A DNA stretch of 64,000 bases from an uncultured Verrucomicrobiae bacterium (GTDB taxonomy: Bacteria > Verrucomicrobiota > Verrucomicrobiia > Chthoniobacterales > UBA10450), in contig CAVYXA010000001.1 of the NCBI GenBank assembly GCA_963772365.1, positions 160,001 through 224,000 on the forward strand. Reading direction: 5' to 3'. A model generated the notes under the pieces. The model saw only the letters and a list, made by a program, of their open reading frames with translations. It had not been told where the DNA came from and did no database searches. Positions 1 through 9,223 of the stretch are shown here, one piece after another (the first letter of the stretch is position 1; each line of letters opens with the position of its first letter). The position numbers and the translations under genes were made by a program.

Positions 1-535
1 GATACGCGGGATATTGATCGGGGAATTTCTTGAGCATCAGTTGCTCTTCGTCGCTCAGTTTTGTCCAAAAACCAACAAACACGAGAATGCCCCCGATCAA
101 TCCCGCCAGATGACCGGATACAAGGATGGTTGCCCAAAACATCATCAGGAGACCGGTGTAAATTGGATGCCGCGCGACGCGGTAGGGGCCGCGCGTAACG
201 AGCTCATGTCCTTCTTTCAGCGTAATCGTACCGCTCCAGTTGCGCCCCAGTGCCAGCCGCGCCCACAAGCAGAAGCTTAGCCCGGCGACGCACAGAAACG
301 CTCCGGCCCAACCGATAGCGGCGGTGTGCGGAATAATGCGAACATTGAGCGGGTAACGGAGCCGATCACCTCGGAAAAGAAGAAGAGCCCCAATCGCGAT
401 CGGTATCACGTAACGCAAGCGACTGACCCTGCTCTCGCGGTAAACCGTGTGCTTGGTAAAAATTGCGGCTAGCAGCCAAACCAAAATGAAAACCGTCCAA
501 CAAACGTTAATAATGTCGATCTCTACCAAACCCAT
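1..535 (-). CDS. Isoprenylcysteine carboxylmethyltransferase (ICMT/PEMT) family membrane protein; 3' end runs off the window
   Basis: Not in the ORF track. Manual translation from ATG at 535 gives MGLVEIDIINVCWTVFILVW...LGRNWSGTITLKEGHELVTRGPYRVARHPIYTG...EEQLMLKKFPDQYPAY, containing the family motifs GPYxxxRHPxY and EE...Y. Confidence 0.85.
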   Translation of the reverse strand, partial: MGLVEIDIINVCWTVFILVWLLAAIFTKHTVYRESRVSRLRYVIPIAIGALLLFRGDRLRYPLNVRIIPHTAAIGWAGAFLCVAGLSFCLWARLALGRNWSGTITLKEGHELVTRGPYRVARHPIYTGLLMMFWATILVSGHLAGLIGGILVFVGFWTKLSDEEQLMLKKFPDQYPAY

Positions 536-697
536 GCTGGAGCAAACATTATCGCGGATTCCATCGCATTACATCGACATCGTGAATCCTGAAGCGCAGC
601 GTGGCATCTTCATCCTGATCGTGATCGAAAGCTACGGAATTTCATTGCATCGCTCTCTCATGTTGCGTGAAGGCGGTTTTGTCAGACACTTTGATTT

Positions 698-1642
698 ATG
701 AAGAGCGATCACATTAATCGGCGGAAATTTGTGAGACTTGGCCTCGCAGGCACTGCGGGATTAGCCGTAAGCCGTAGGTTGTTCGGAATGGAGGGGACCA
801 CCAGTATGAATACGACATTTAGAATCGGAAGCGATCTTGTGGTGAACCGGCTCGGGTTTGGCGCGATGCGAATAACAGGCGACGGAATCTGGGGTTGGCC
901 GGACGATCGCGACAACGCGCTCAAAGTCCTGCGCCGGGCGATCGATCTCGGCGTCAATTTGATTGATACGGCTGATGCTTATGGTCCGGAGACAAGCGAG
1001 CTTCTCATTGCCGAAGCGCTTCATCCATATCCCAAAGGATTAGTAATAGCGACTAAGGGCGGTCTGACCCGACCCGGTCCGGGACAGTGGTCTCCGAATG
1101 GCAAGCCGCAGTATCTAAAACAATGCGTGGAAAAAAGTTTGAAGCGGCTTCGGTTGGAGCGAATCGATTTGTATCAGTTGCATCGGATCGATCCGAAGGT
1201 GCCGATGGCTGAGTCGTTAGGGGCACTCAAGGAGATGCAGGACGCAGGCAAGATCCGTCATCTTGGATTGTCTGAGGTGTCGCCAGAAGAGATCGCGGAG
1301 GCCCGAAAGATCGTGCCGATCGTGACGGTTCAAAATCAGTACAATATCGCGGACAGGAAATGGGACGATGTCGTTGGGTATTGCGAAAAGGAAGGACTTG
1401 GTTTCATGCCGTGGTCGCCCGTGGGCGGGAACCACGGGTTAAAATTAACGGAACTGCAAGCCGCCGCGAAAGCGCACAGTGCGACCGTTTATCAACTGGC
1501 GATTGCCTGGTTGTTGCAACGCTCTTCGGTCATGTTGCCAATTCCCGGGACGTCATCCGTTCCGCATCTGGAGGAAAACATGGCCGCGGCGAAACTGAAG
1601 TTGAGCGCAGAAGAATGGAAAAAGCTGGCTACGGAGGTTTGA
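698..1642 (+). CDS. Aldo/keto reductase with twin-arginine (Tat-like) N-terminus
   Basis: Motifs LGFGAM, IDTADAYG, IATKGG, IDLYQLHRID and PIPGTSSVPHLEEN; N-terminus INRRKFVRLGLAG. Confidence 0.9.
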   Translation: MKSDHINRRKFVRLGLAGTAGLAVSRRLFGMEGTTSMNTTFRIGSDLVVNRLGFGAMRITGDGIWGWPDDRDNALKVLRRAIDLGVNLIDTADAYGPETSELLIAEALHPYPKGLVIATKGGLTRPGPGQWSPNGKPQYLKQCVEKSLKRLRLERIDLYQLHRIDPKVPMAESLGALKEMQDAGKIRHLGLSEVSPEEIAEARKIVPIVTVQNQYNIADRKWDDVVGYCEKEGLGFMPWSPVGGNHGLKLTELQAAAKAHSATVYQLAIAWLLQRSSVMLPIPGTSSVPHLEENMAAAKLKLSAEEWKKLATEV

Positions 1643-1666
1643 CCGCAGCGTCGCCAGAAGGTTTCG

Positions 1667-3295
1667 CTAATCGACATACTTCTGCGCGATCGGCATGCGG
1701 CGGCCCAGACCGAAAGCGCGGCTGGTGACCTTCAACCCCGGCGGTGCTTGCTCGCGCTTGTATTCATTGCGATCGACGCGCCGTTGCACCCAGCGGACCG
1801 TTTTCTCGTCAAATCCGTGGGCGATAATGTCCCGCGCACTTAAGTTTTCTTCGATGTAGAGCCGCAGAATTTCGTCCAGGACGTCGTAGGGCGGAAGTGT
1901 ATCCTGATCGGTTTGATTCGGCTTCAACTCTGCGCTAGGCGGTTTCTCGATTGTCGATCTGGGAATGACTTCACGCTTGGCATTGATCCAGCGCGCCAAT
2001 TCATAAACCATGGTCTTGGGCACATCGCTGATTAGCGCCAACCCTCCCGCCATGTCGCCATAGATGGTGCAGTAGCCGACGGCGAGCTCGCTTTTGTTCC
2101 CGGTGGAAAGCACGAGATGGCCGAACTTGTTCGACAGAGCCATCAACGTCATCGCCCGCAAACGCGGTTGCATGTTTTCTTCGGTCTCATTCTCCGGCAT
2201 TCCTTTGAAGATTTCCTTGAATTGCGCCTTGAACACTTTGAACGCCTCAGTGATTGGCATCTCAAGAAATTTGATTCCAAGATTTCGGGCAAGCGAGCGC
2301 GCGTCGTCGATGCTACCCCGGGACGAGTACTGGCTCGGCATCGAAACACCGGTCACATTTTCTGGGCCCAAAGCATCGGCAGCGATAACCGCCGCGACTG
2401 CGGAATCGATTCCACCGCTCAAACCGAGTACGGCCGACTGGAAGTTGCATTTGTGAAAATAATCGCGAACGCCGAGCGACAGCGCGGCAAAAAGAACCTC
2501 CGGAATTGTTCCCTCGCGAAATTCCAGTGACGAAACTGTCTCAGTGTCGATGATCGATTCATCCTCAAGGAACCCGGCCAGCTGCGCGATCAGATTGCCG
2601 TTCGCATTCACTGCAATGGAATTGCCGTCAAAGATCAGCTGGTCGTTGCCGCCAACGGTGTTGCAATAGAAAATCGGGCATCGATACGTCCGGGCAAGTG
2701 ATGCGACCATTTCATATCGGATCGCCGGTTTGTGCAGTGTGAATGGCGACGCGCTTAAATTTACGATGATCTCGGCGCCCTGGTCGATGAGACCGCGAAC
2801 CGGTTCGACGTCATAAAGCGGCCGCGGAAGATAATGTTCTGTCCAGATATCCTCACAAATGGTCACGCCGATCTTCTTTCCAGAAACCTCGAATGCTTCG
2901 ACGCAGCTGGCCGGCTCGAAATAGCGGTCTTCATCGAAAACGTCGTAAGTAGGCAGGAGTGATTTGGAAGTTTTGCGAATCGGTCTGCCTTTCTCCAAAA
3001 TGGCGGCGGCATTGTGAAATGGTTTGCCTTTGCCGGGATTTCGATCGACGAAACCGACGAGTAACGGCGTGTGACTGACGCGAGAGTGGAGCTGATTGAC
3101 GATCTCGAGGTTTTGCGGAACGAACCGAGATTTGAAAACAAGGTCCTGCGGCGGATATCCGGGCACGACCAACTCCGGAGTGAGCACGAGCTCCGCGCCG
3201 GCTGCAACCAGCCGCTCGTAGGCGCGCACAATTAATTCAAAATTGCCCCTCAAATCTCCAACGGTGGGATTGAGTTGGGCAAAGCCGATCTTCAT
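1667..3295 (-). CDS. nadE: Glutamine-dependent NAD+ synthetase
   Basis: N-terminal nitrilase domain (PEL, KSLLPTYDVFDEDRYF, ICEDIW) plus synthetase domain (LGLSGGIDS, TGNKSE, PPSAELKPNQTDQD). Confidence 0.97.
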   Translation of the reverse strand: MKIGFAQLNPTVGDLRGNFELIVRAYERLVAAGAELVLTPELVVPGYPPQDLVFKSRFVPQNLEIVNQLHSRVSHTPLLVGFVDRNPGKGKPFHNAAAILEKGRPIRKTSKSLLPTYDVFDEDRYFEPASCVEAFEVSGKKIGVTICEDIWTEHYLPRPLYDVEPVRGLIDQGAEIIVNLSASPFTLHKPAIRYEMVASLARTYRCPIFYCNTVGGNDQLIFDGNSIAVNANGNLIAQLAGFLEDESIIDTETVSSLEFREGTIPEVLFAALSLGVRDYFHKCNFQSAVLGLSGGIDSAVAAVIAADALGPENVTGVSMPSQYSSRGSIDDARSLARNLGIKFLEMPITEAFKVFKAQFKEIFKGMPENETEENMQPRLRAMTLMALSNKFGHLVLSTGNKSELAVGYCTIYGDMAGGLALISDVPKTMVYELARWINAKREVIPRSTIEKPPSAELKPNQTDQDTLPPYDVLDEILRLYIEENLSARDIIAHGFDEKTVRWVQRRVDRNEYKREQAPPGLKVTSRAFGLGRRMPIAQKYVD

Positions 3296-3385
3296 TCTGC
3301 TCGAGCCAGATTATGCGCAACCGAGCGGTCGGCAATGTCTTTCGGTCCAAACCGGCTTCGAAAAACACTCAGTTAACGATCTGGA

Positions 3386-3544
3386 TCAGGGCTTCTCCGA
3401 TCCCAGGACCGCGTGGTGCTGATAGCCCTTATTCAGCGCGTCGTCCGCGCCTTCGATGAATGTTTTTGCCCATTCAATGACCGACGCCGCCAGAAATCCG
3501 GCAAAGGCACAGATGATGACTTTTTGAATAAAGGTTGAGTGCAT
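3386..3544 (-). CDS. Small single-pass membrane protein of unknown function
   Basis: 52-aa ORF MHSTFIQKVIICAFAGFLAASVIEWAK... with one hydrophobic helix, filling the gap between co-oriented genes. Confidence 0.45.
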   Translation of the reverse strand: MHSTFIQKVIICAFAGFLAASVIEWAKTFIEGADDALNKGYQHHAVLGSEKP

Positions 3545-3586
3545 CTGTCTTTTTGTGAGCAGGGGTGATGCCACCAGATGGCCTGC

Positions 3587-4261
3587 TTACCAAAATCCCC
3601 ATTGCTTGGTTTTCATGATCCAGAGACCGAGCAGCAGATTTGTGATTGCATGAGTCACAACACACGATGAAAGGCTTTTCGTCCGATACGCGGTGATATT
3701 GTAGATGGCACCGGTCAGCACTCCGGCCGGCCAATCCGCCATGGAATGGGAAAAACCGAAGACCAGCGCGACGATTGAGAAGGATGGCCACGAAAAAGTC
3801 CCGAACGGAACGCGGTCGAAATCTTCGTTAATGAAATATCGCAAAAGAAAGCCGCGCCAGAAGATTTCTTCGACCAATGGGACGACAACAACCAGCCGAA
3901 GAAACCGAAATGCGACCGTGACCCAATAGGCCGTCGGATTGGCTGCAAAAATCTCAGGGTTAAATCCCACTGCTCGCGCCTGGAATCCCAAGAATGTCTG
4001 AGGCGAAATCCAAAGCGCGAAAACCAGGATTCCGATCACGACAGTAAAAACGGGCGAGCGAACCCCGTGGAAAGAGTATTCGCGCCAAAACCACATTACG
4101 ATCAGCCCGCAGACGATCGTCTGAACCGGATAGATCCAGTAGGCAGCTGCGCTAAGGAAAAAATAATGACCGGCGCTCGGCAGAATGCTGGACAACCCGA
4201 GCAAAAGTACAAACACCACAAAGGGGATTGTGTAGGCGAGGAATTTTCGTTTGTTGGGCAT
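3587..4261 (-). CDS. CAAX prenyl protease-related (CPBP) intramembrane metalloprotease
   Basis: VVPLVEEIFWRGFL, FGFSH and HAITN motifs, ending W-G-F-W; resembles the exosortase/PEP-CTERM-associated subfamily. Start placed at MPNKRKF. Confidence 0.88.
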   Translation of the reverse strand: MPNKRKFLAYTIPFVVFVLLLGLSSILPSAGHYFFLSAAAYWIYPVQTIVCGLIVMWFWREYSFHGVRSPVFTVVIGILVFALWISPQTFLGFQARAVGFNPEIFAANPTAYWVTVAFRFLRLVVVVPLVEEIFWRGFLLRYFINEDFDRVPFGTFSWPSFSIVALVFGFSHSMADWPAGVLTGAIYNITAYRTKSLSSCVVTHAITNLLLGLWIMKTKQWGFW

Positions 4262-4284
4262 ATTATTTGCAGCCCTTTCTTTTG

Positions 4285-4548
4285 ATGATTCCTGAGAGTT
4301 CCGGCAAGATTGAATCAGCAAAAAATGAAGCGGACGAGCTTAGTCGACTGTTGGAACTCGAGCTTCAGGAGAAGCGCGCAGCTTGGCAGCGGGCCAGCGG
4401 CCGCTATCACGCGATCAAAATGTTTAGCTTTCTTTTTTTGTTCCTGGTCGTCGTTGGTGCGATTGCCGCTTCTTTCATGCTCTTCACGCGCTTGAACGAG
4501 CGGCGTGGAGCTCCGTCGAACGCCGAGCCTGTTACGGAGACTCGGTGA
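4285..4548 (+). CDS. Hypothetical membrane protein
   Basis: Charged helical N-terminus then one TM segment (MFSFLFLFLVVVGAIAASFMLF); divergent from the CAAX gene. Confidence 0.6.
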   Translation: MIPESSGKIESAKNEADELSRLLELELQEKRAAWQRASGRYHAIKMFSFLFLFLVVVGAIAASFMLFTRLNERRGAPSNAEPVTETR

Positions 4549-4565
4549 GTGATCTGGACGTTGGA

Positions 4566-5880
4566 TCAGCGCTGATAAGTCACACGCCAGATGGTGCCAT
4601 TGCCATCCTCACTGAAAAGCAGACTGCCATCCCTGGCCACCGTTACCCCCACGGGTCTTCCCCAAACCGTCGAGTCCGGGTTTACGAACCCGGTGACGAA
4701 ATCCTCGTATTCGCCAAGCACTTTGCCGGTTGAGTGATCGAAAGGGACGCGCGCGATTTTGTAGCCCGTTCGCTTCATCCGGTTCCATGAACCATGGAAC
4801 GCCGCGAAAATATCGCCGCGATGTTCGGCGGGAAATTGGTCGCCGTTGTAGAAGCACAGGTTCAACGAAGCCGAATGCGCCTGGACCAGCACATCCGGCA
4901 CGATCACTTTGTCAGCAAGATCGACATGTTCTCCCTTGTGCCTGGGATCGACATGATTTCCGATGTAGAACCAGGGCAACCCATAAAATCCGCCCGGCTT
5001 CACGCTGCTGATGTAGTCCGGCGGCAAATCCGCGCCGAGCTCGTCTCGCTCGTTTGTGCTCATCCATAGCTCGTTCGTCCCCGGGCGAAATGTGATTCCG
5101 ACTGCATTCCGAATTCCCCATGCGTAAACCTTTCGATTGCTGCCGTCCGGATCGAACTCGAAGATTCGAGCACGATTCCCTTCCGCGCGATTATCGGAGT
5201 CATTCGAGCGCGAGCCGACAGACACATACATTTTTTTGCCATCAGGTGAGAAAACGATGTCGCGCGTCCAATGTCCGCCGCCGATCAAAAAGCCGCCGCC
5301 GCTGGAAAGTTTCGCACCCAATCTTTCGGGTTTGCCTCGCGCTTTCAGATCGCCATTACGATAAGGAAAACGGATTACTCCATTGGTATTCGCTACGTAA
5401 AGATACTGCGGATCTTTGCCGGGTGGATAAAAGGCAAGCCCGAATGGTTTGTTTAAATCTTCTTCCGTGAACAATTGGGTGATGTCAGGCTTATCGGAAT
5501 TTTTGCTGTCTCGCAGGACCTTGATCTGGTTCTCCCGGCTTTCGGTTACGAAAATGTCCCCGTTGGGGGCGGTGAGCAAAAACCGCGGATCATCGAAGCC
5601 GCTGGCATACAATTCCACCTGAAATCCGGCCGGCGTGCAAAGTTGCGCTCCCGCCGGGCGATGGACGACGTGCGGCGGATTGATGGCGAGCGCGTTTGAC
5701 CCGGGCGGAGGCAAATCATTGACTGTGATTTTCCGCAGGACGCCCGGCGCGTCGCTCTTCCAGTCTGCCATCGCGGCTTTTCCTGTCAGGACCTCGCCCG
5801 TCCTGCGCAAGGCTAACTGATAAGCTAATCCAAAAAGCGCAGAGGATCGCACCAATTAACGTCGCGGGTCGCGCGTGCAT
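4566..5880 (-). CDS. Sorbosone/PQQ-dependent sugar dehydrogenase family beta-propeller, one frameshift near 5800
   Basis: Motifs GIRNAVG, NERDELG...PPDY and FHGSWNR, WGRPVGV. The signal peptide MHARPATLIGAILCAFWISLSVSLAQD lies in another frame and joins EVLTGKAA if one G is removed. Confidence 0.88.
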
Positions 5881-5897
5881 TTGGAGAGTTGACCCTG

Positions 5898-6767
5898 TTA
5901 CTCTCGAGCTACCGATCTTGGCGGCTTCGGCATCTGCGCGACGGAAATTGCTTCCTTTCGGGCATTGATCACGAACGTATTGTTGTCGCCGACCTGTGAC
6001 CACGGCCCGCGCGGCACGTCGCTGAAATCGACAAATTTCCAATCAGTCACGTCCGTGCCGTCCAGACCGAGAAAATCGCGCACTGCCGGCGAGACATCGA
6101 GACCCGCGCCTTTGTTAAGATTGGGTTTCGGGCGCTCGTTGCCGAACACGTATTGCCAATGATCGGTGCGGAATGGCCCGGCGTCCTCCCATTGCGCATA
6201 CGCCACTCGATTCCCTTTTCGAATCGCCACCCAATGTCCTTTGCAGGTCGAGGCACCCGGTCCCTGATACGCTTCCCGGAACCAGGGCACCACGCGAGCT
6301 GCTTCGGGCCGATGACCTTCTCGTGCCTTATCGTTATAGGGCAATGCACAGTAAAATGGATTTTGCTGCGGCGTAAAATTGGCCGGCATGTAATTGCTGC
6401 GGTGGGCCGGATTCGGATCGTCATAGCCGCCATAGCTCTTCGCCCAATTCTTGTCCCACGAGCTAGAGCGATTCGGAACGGGGTTATTCTCGCTCGGCTT
6501 TTCTCCAATCCAGAAAACTGTGGTTACAATATTTTTCTTCCACGGATAACGTTCTCCTCTGGTGCGCGGCGGGGGCGAGAGTTGACGCGGAGCGAAGACC
6601 AGCGAATCGATACTCACCACCGAATCGTCGGATATCCTGTCGGATTTTTTACTTAGCTTTACGTTTGCCGTTTCCGTTTTTGCCGGAGTCGAATGGGCGA
6701 ACAAAGAGGAGATCGAAGAGAGCAGTGCCGCGATCGTGTGAGTAATAGTTCCACGTTTGATTTTCAT
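5898..6767 (-). CDS. Secreted protein of unknown function, possible double-psi beta-barrel-like C-terminal domain
   Basis: Signal peptide, then YPWKKNIVTTVFWIGE, NPFYCALPYND, AQWEDAGPF and GLDVSPAV. Confidence 0.75.
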   Translation of the reverse strand: MKIKRGTITHTIAALLSSISSLFAHSTPAKTETANVKLSKKSDRISDDSVVSIDSLVFAPRQLSPPPRTRGERYPWKKNIVTTVFWIGEKPSENNPVPNRSSSWDKNWAKSYGGYDDPNPAHRSNYMPANFTPQQNPFYCALPYNDKAREGHRPEAARVVPWFREAYQGPGASTCKGHWVAIRKGNRVAYAQWEDAGPFRTDHWQYVFGNERPKPNLNKGAGLDVSPAVRDFLGLDGTDVTDWKFVDFSDVPRGPWSQVGDNNTFVINARKEAISVAQMPKPPRSVARE

Positions 6768-6925
6768 AACCACTTTCGTTCGGAAACGACTGATGCCGAA
6801 GGCGAACGCGCTTCTCTATTGGGTTCGTTCTGGGGATGAGTAATGCGCGTCCATCATCCAGAAATTTTTTCCGCGCACTGGCCTGACTAAAATCTGACAG
6901 GCCCGAAAATTGCCTGTTCAATTTA

Positions 6926-8311
6926 TCAACCGAGAAATTTCCCTGGATTCAAAATTCCATCAGGATCGAGAGCACGCTTGAGCGCCACATGGACTTCTCG
7001 CGAAACCTCGCTGGCAGCTTGCGGCCACCAGCGTTCTTTGGCCAAGCCGATCCCATGCTCGCCCGTGATGACGCCGCCCCACTCCAGGATGCGCGCGAAC
7101 AGTTGATCAAGCGCTGCTTGGACCTTTTGTCGCACAGCTGCCTCGCGATTGTATCGGTCCGCCATGATATTGACATGAATATTGCCGTCGCCCGCATGAC
7201 CGAAACATGCGATCGGAAATCCATGCCTGGCCTGAAGCTGTTCGGCGAACTCCACAAGATCGACAATTCGACTTCGGGGAACGACAACATCCTGGTTTAG
7301 TTTTGTCAGGCCTGTAGCCCGCAGCGAATTGCTAAACTCGCGCCGGAGCGCCCACAACTTCTCGCACTCGCTTTCGCTGCTTGCCATTTCCAGCGCATTC
7401 GCCTTCTTCGCCGCCAGTAATTCACGAATCGTGATTGCTTCACTGCGCACGCTTTCGACCTGTCCATCAAGATCGACAAGCAAATGTGCGTTCCCGGAAG
7501 GGACAATCGATTTGCCAAGATCTTTTCTGGCAGCTTCCAGCGTAAAGCTGTCAGCGATTTCGAGCGATGACGGCAGAAACCCGGCTGCGAAAATTTCATG
7601 CACAGCCGCGGCCGCCTCCGACATCGTCGGAAAAGCGGCGGAGATCGTGGCGCGGGCCGGCGCCAATGGCAGCAAGCGAAGCGTAATCTCGGTCACGATT
7701 CCAAGCATTCCTTCCGAGCCCACGAAAAGTCCGATCAAATCAAAACCGGTCTTATTTTTGTGAACGCGTCCACCGGTCCGCAAAATCTCGCCATTGGCGA
7801 GGACGACCTCAAGGCCGATCACGTAATTGCGCGTCACGCCGTATTTCAGACAGCGCGGCCCACCGGCGTTCGTGGCGACGTTTCCACCGATGGTGCAATT
7901 TTTCATGCTGGCCGGATCGGGCGGATAAAACAACTTTTGCGCGCGCGCGGCTGTTTTGAGATCGGCGGTGAACACACCTGGCTCCACGATTGCGACGGCG
8001 TCGGCAAAATTTATCTCTTTGATTCGATTCATCCGCGCCATCGAGAGAGCAATTCCGCCGCGGACTGGCACGCAACTGCCGACGTAACCGTAACCGCCGC
8101 CGCGCGCAGTGACCGGAATTTTCTCACGCGATGCGAATTCCAGAAGCGTGCATACATTCGCTGTCGATCTTGCAAACACGACTGCGTCAGGCGCGTGCGA
8201 AGCGAACCATTTATCGCCGCCGTGCGCAGCGAGTGTTGGTTCATCATCCGCAACGGCTTCGTTGCCGAGCAATTCCCGCAGCCGTTCCGCTAAAGTCATG
8301 CTCTTGCTCAT
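6926..8311 (-). CDS. FAD-linked oxidase, GlcD / D-lactate dehydrogenase-like
   Basis: PPDPAS, TIGGNVATNAGG, GSEGMLGIVTE, FGHAGDGNIH, GEHGIG and LNPGK motifs. Confidence 0.93.
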   Translation of the reverse strand: MSKSMTLAERLRELLGNEAVADDEPTLAAHGGDKWFASHAPDAVVFARSTANVCTLLEFASREKIPVTARGGGYGYVGSCVPVRGGIALSMARMNRIKEINFADAVAIVEPGVFTADLKTAARAQKLFYPPDPASMKNCTIGGNVATNAGGPRCLKYGVTRNYVIGLEVVLANGEILRTGGRVHKNKTGFDLIGLFVGSEGMLGIVTEITLRLLPLAPARATISAAFPTMSEAAAAVHEIFAAGFLPSSLEIADSFTLEAARKDLGKSIVPSGNAHLLVDLDGQVESVRSEAITIRELLAAKKANALEMASSESECEKLWALRREFSNSLRATGLTKLNQDVVVPRSRIVDLVEFAEQLQARHGFPIACFGHAGDGNIHVNIMADRYNREAAVRQKVQAALDQLFARILEWGGVITGEHGIGLAKERWWPQAASEVSREVHVALKRALDPDGILNPGKFLG

Positions 8312-8373
8312 GCTCGTAATCGTAATCGATTTTCTTTTATTTCGATCACGAGCAAGAGCACGATTACGACGAC
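8297..8373. repeat. Imperfect inverted hexamer repeat (CTCGTA/CACGAG type)
   Basis: CTCTTGCTCATGCTCGTAATCGTAATCGA ... TCGATCACGAGCAAGAGCACGATTACGA. A related run occurs near 62990-63022. Confidence 0.55.
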
Positions 8374-8377
8374 GGAA

Positions 8378-9154
8378 TCACATGCCCATGATTTCGTAGC
8401 CGCCATCGACGTAAATCACCTGACCGGTGATGGCGGCGGCGCCGTCGCTAGCCAGAAACACACCGGTTTCGCCAAGCTCAGCCGGATCACAACTGCGCTT
8501 GAGCGGCGCGCGCTCCTGATAATGTTTCAACATTTGAGTGAATCCGCTGATGCCTCGGGCAGCGAGTGTTTGGACCGGACCAGCCGAAATACAATTCGCC
8601 CGGATTTTTTTTGGACCGAGATCGTAGGCCAGATATCGAGTGCTCGCTTCGAGGCTAGCTTTGGCCACGCCCATGACGTTGTAATGCGGCACAACCTTTT
8701 CCGAACCGTAATAGGTCATTGCGAGAATCGAACCGCCGTTCGTCATCATCGGCGCAGCCGCGCGCGAGAGCGCAACCAGCGAATACGCGCTGATGTCATG
8801 CGCGGTACGGAATGCTTCTCGCGTCGTGCTCACAAAATCGCCTTCCAAAGCTTCCTTCGGAGCGAACGCAATCGAATGCAGCAGAAGATCGACACGGTCG
8901 GTTTCGCCCCGCACCTTGTCGAAAAACGACGTGATCTCTGAATCGCTCGAGACATCGCACGGAAACATCGGTGTCTTTTCCCCAAACTCCCCCACGAGTT
9001 CTTCGAGATTTTCCTTCAAGCGCTCACCTTGATAATTAAAAATCAGTTTTGCGCCCGCTGCGGCCCAGGCTTTTGCAATCGCCCAGGCGATGCTGCGTTT
9101 GTTAGCCACTCCGAAAACAACGCCAATTTTGCCGGCTAGAACTTGTTGCTGCAT
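8378..9154 (-). CDS. fabI: Enoyl-ACP reductase (NADH)
   Basis: GVANKRSIAWAIA, HSIAFAP, YNVMGVAKASLE and ISAGPVQTLAARGI motifs. Confidence 0.96.
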   Translation of the reverse strand: MQQQVLAGKIGVVFGVANKRSIAWAIAKAWAAAGAKLIFNYQGERLKENLEELVGEFGEKTPMFPCDVSSDSEITSFFDKVRGETDRVDLLLHSIAFAPKEALEGDFVSTTREAFRTAHDISAYSLVALSRAAAPMMTNGGSILAMTYYGSEKVVPHYNVMGVAKASLEASTRYLAYDLGPKKIRANCISAGPVQTLAARGISGFTQMLKHYQERAPLKRSCDPAELGETGVFLASDGAAAITGQVIYVDGGYEIMGM

Positions 9155-9223
9155 GGCCAATCACAATACGCAGGATTGATGCACGGCAAATATTCCCTGG
9201 GGCGCCCGCGCCGTTGGCGCACG

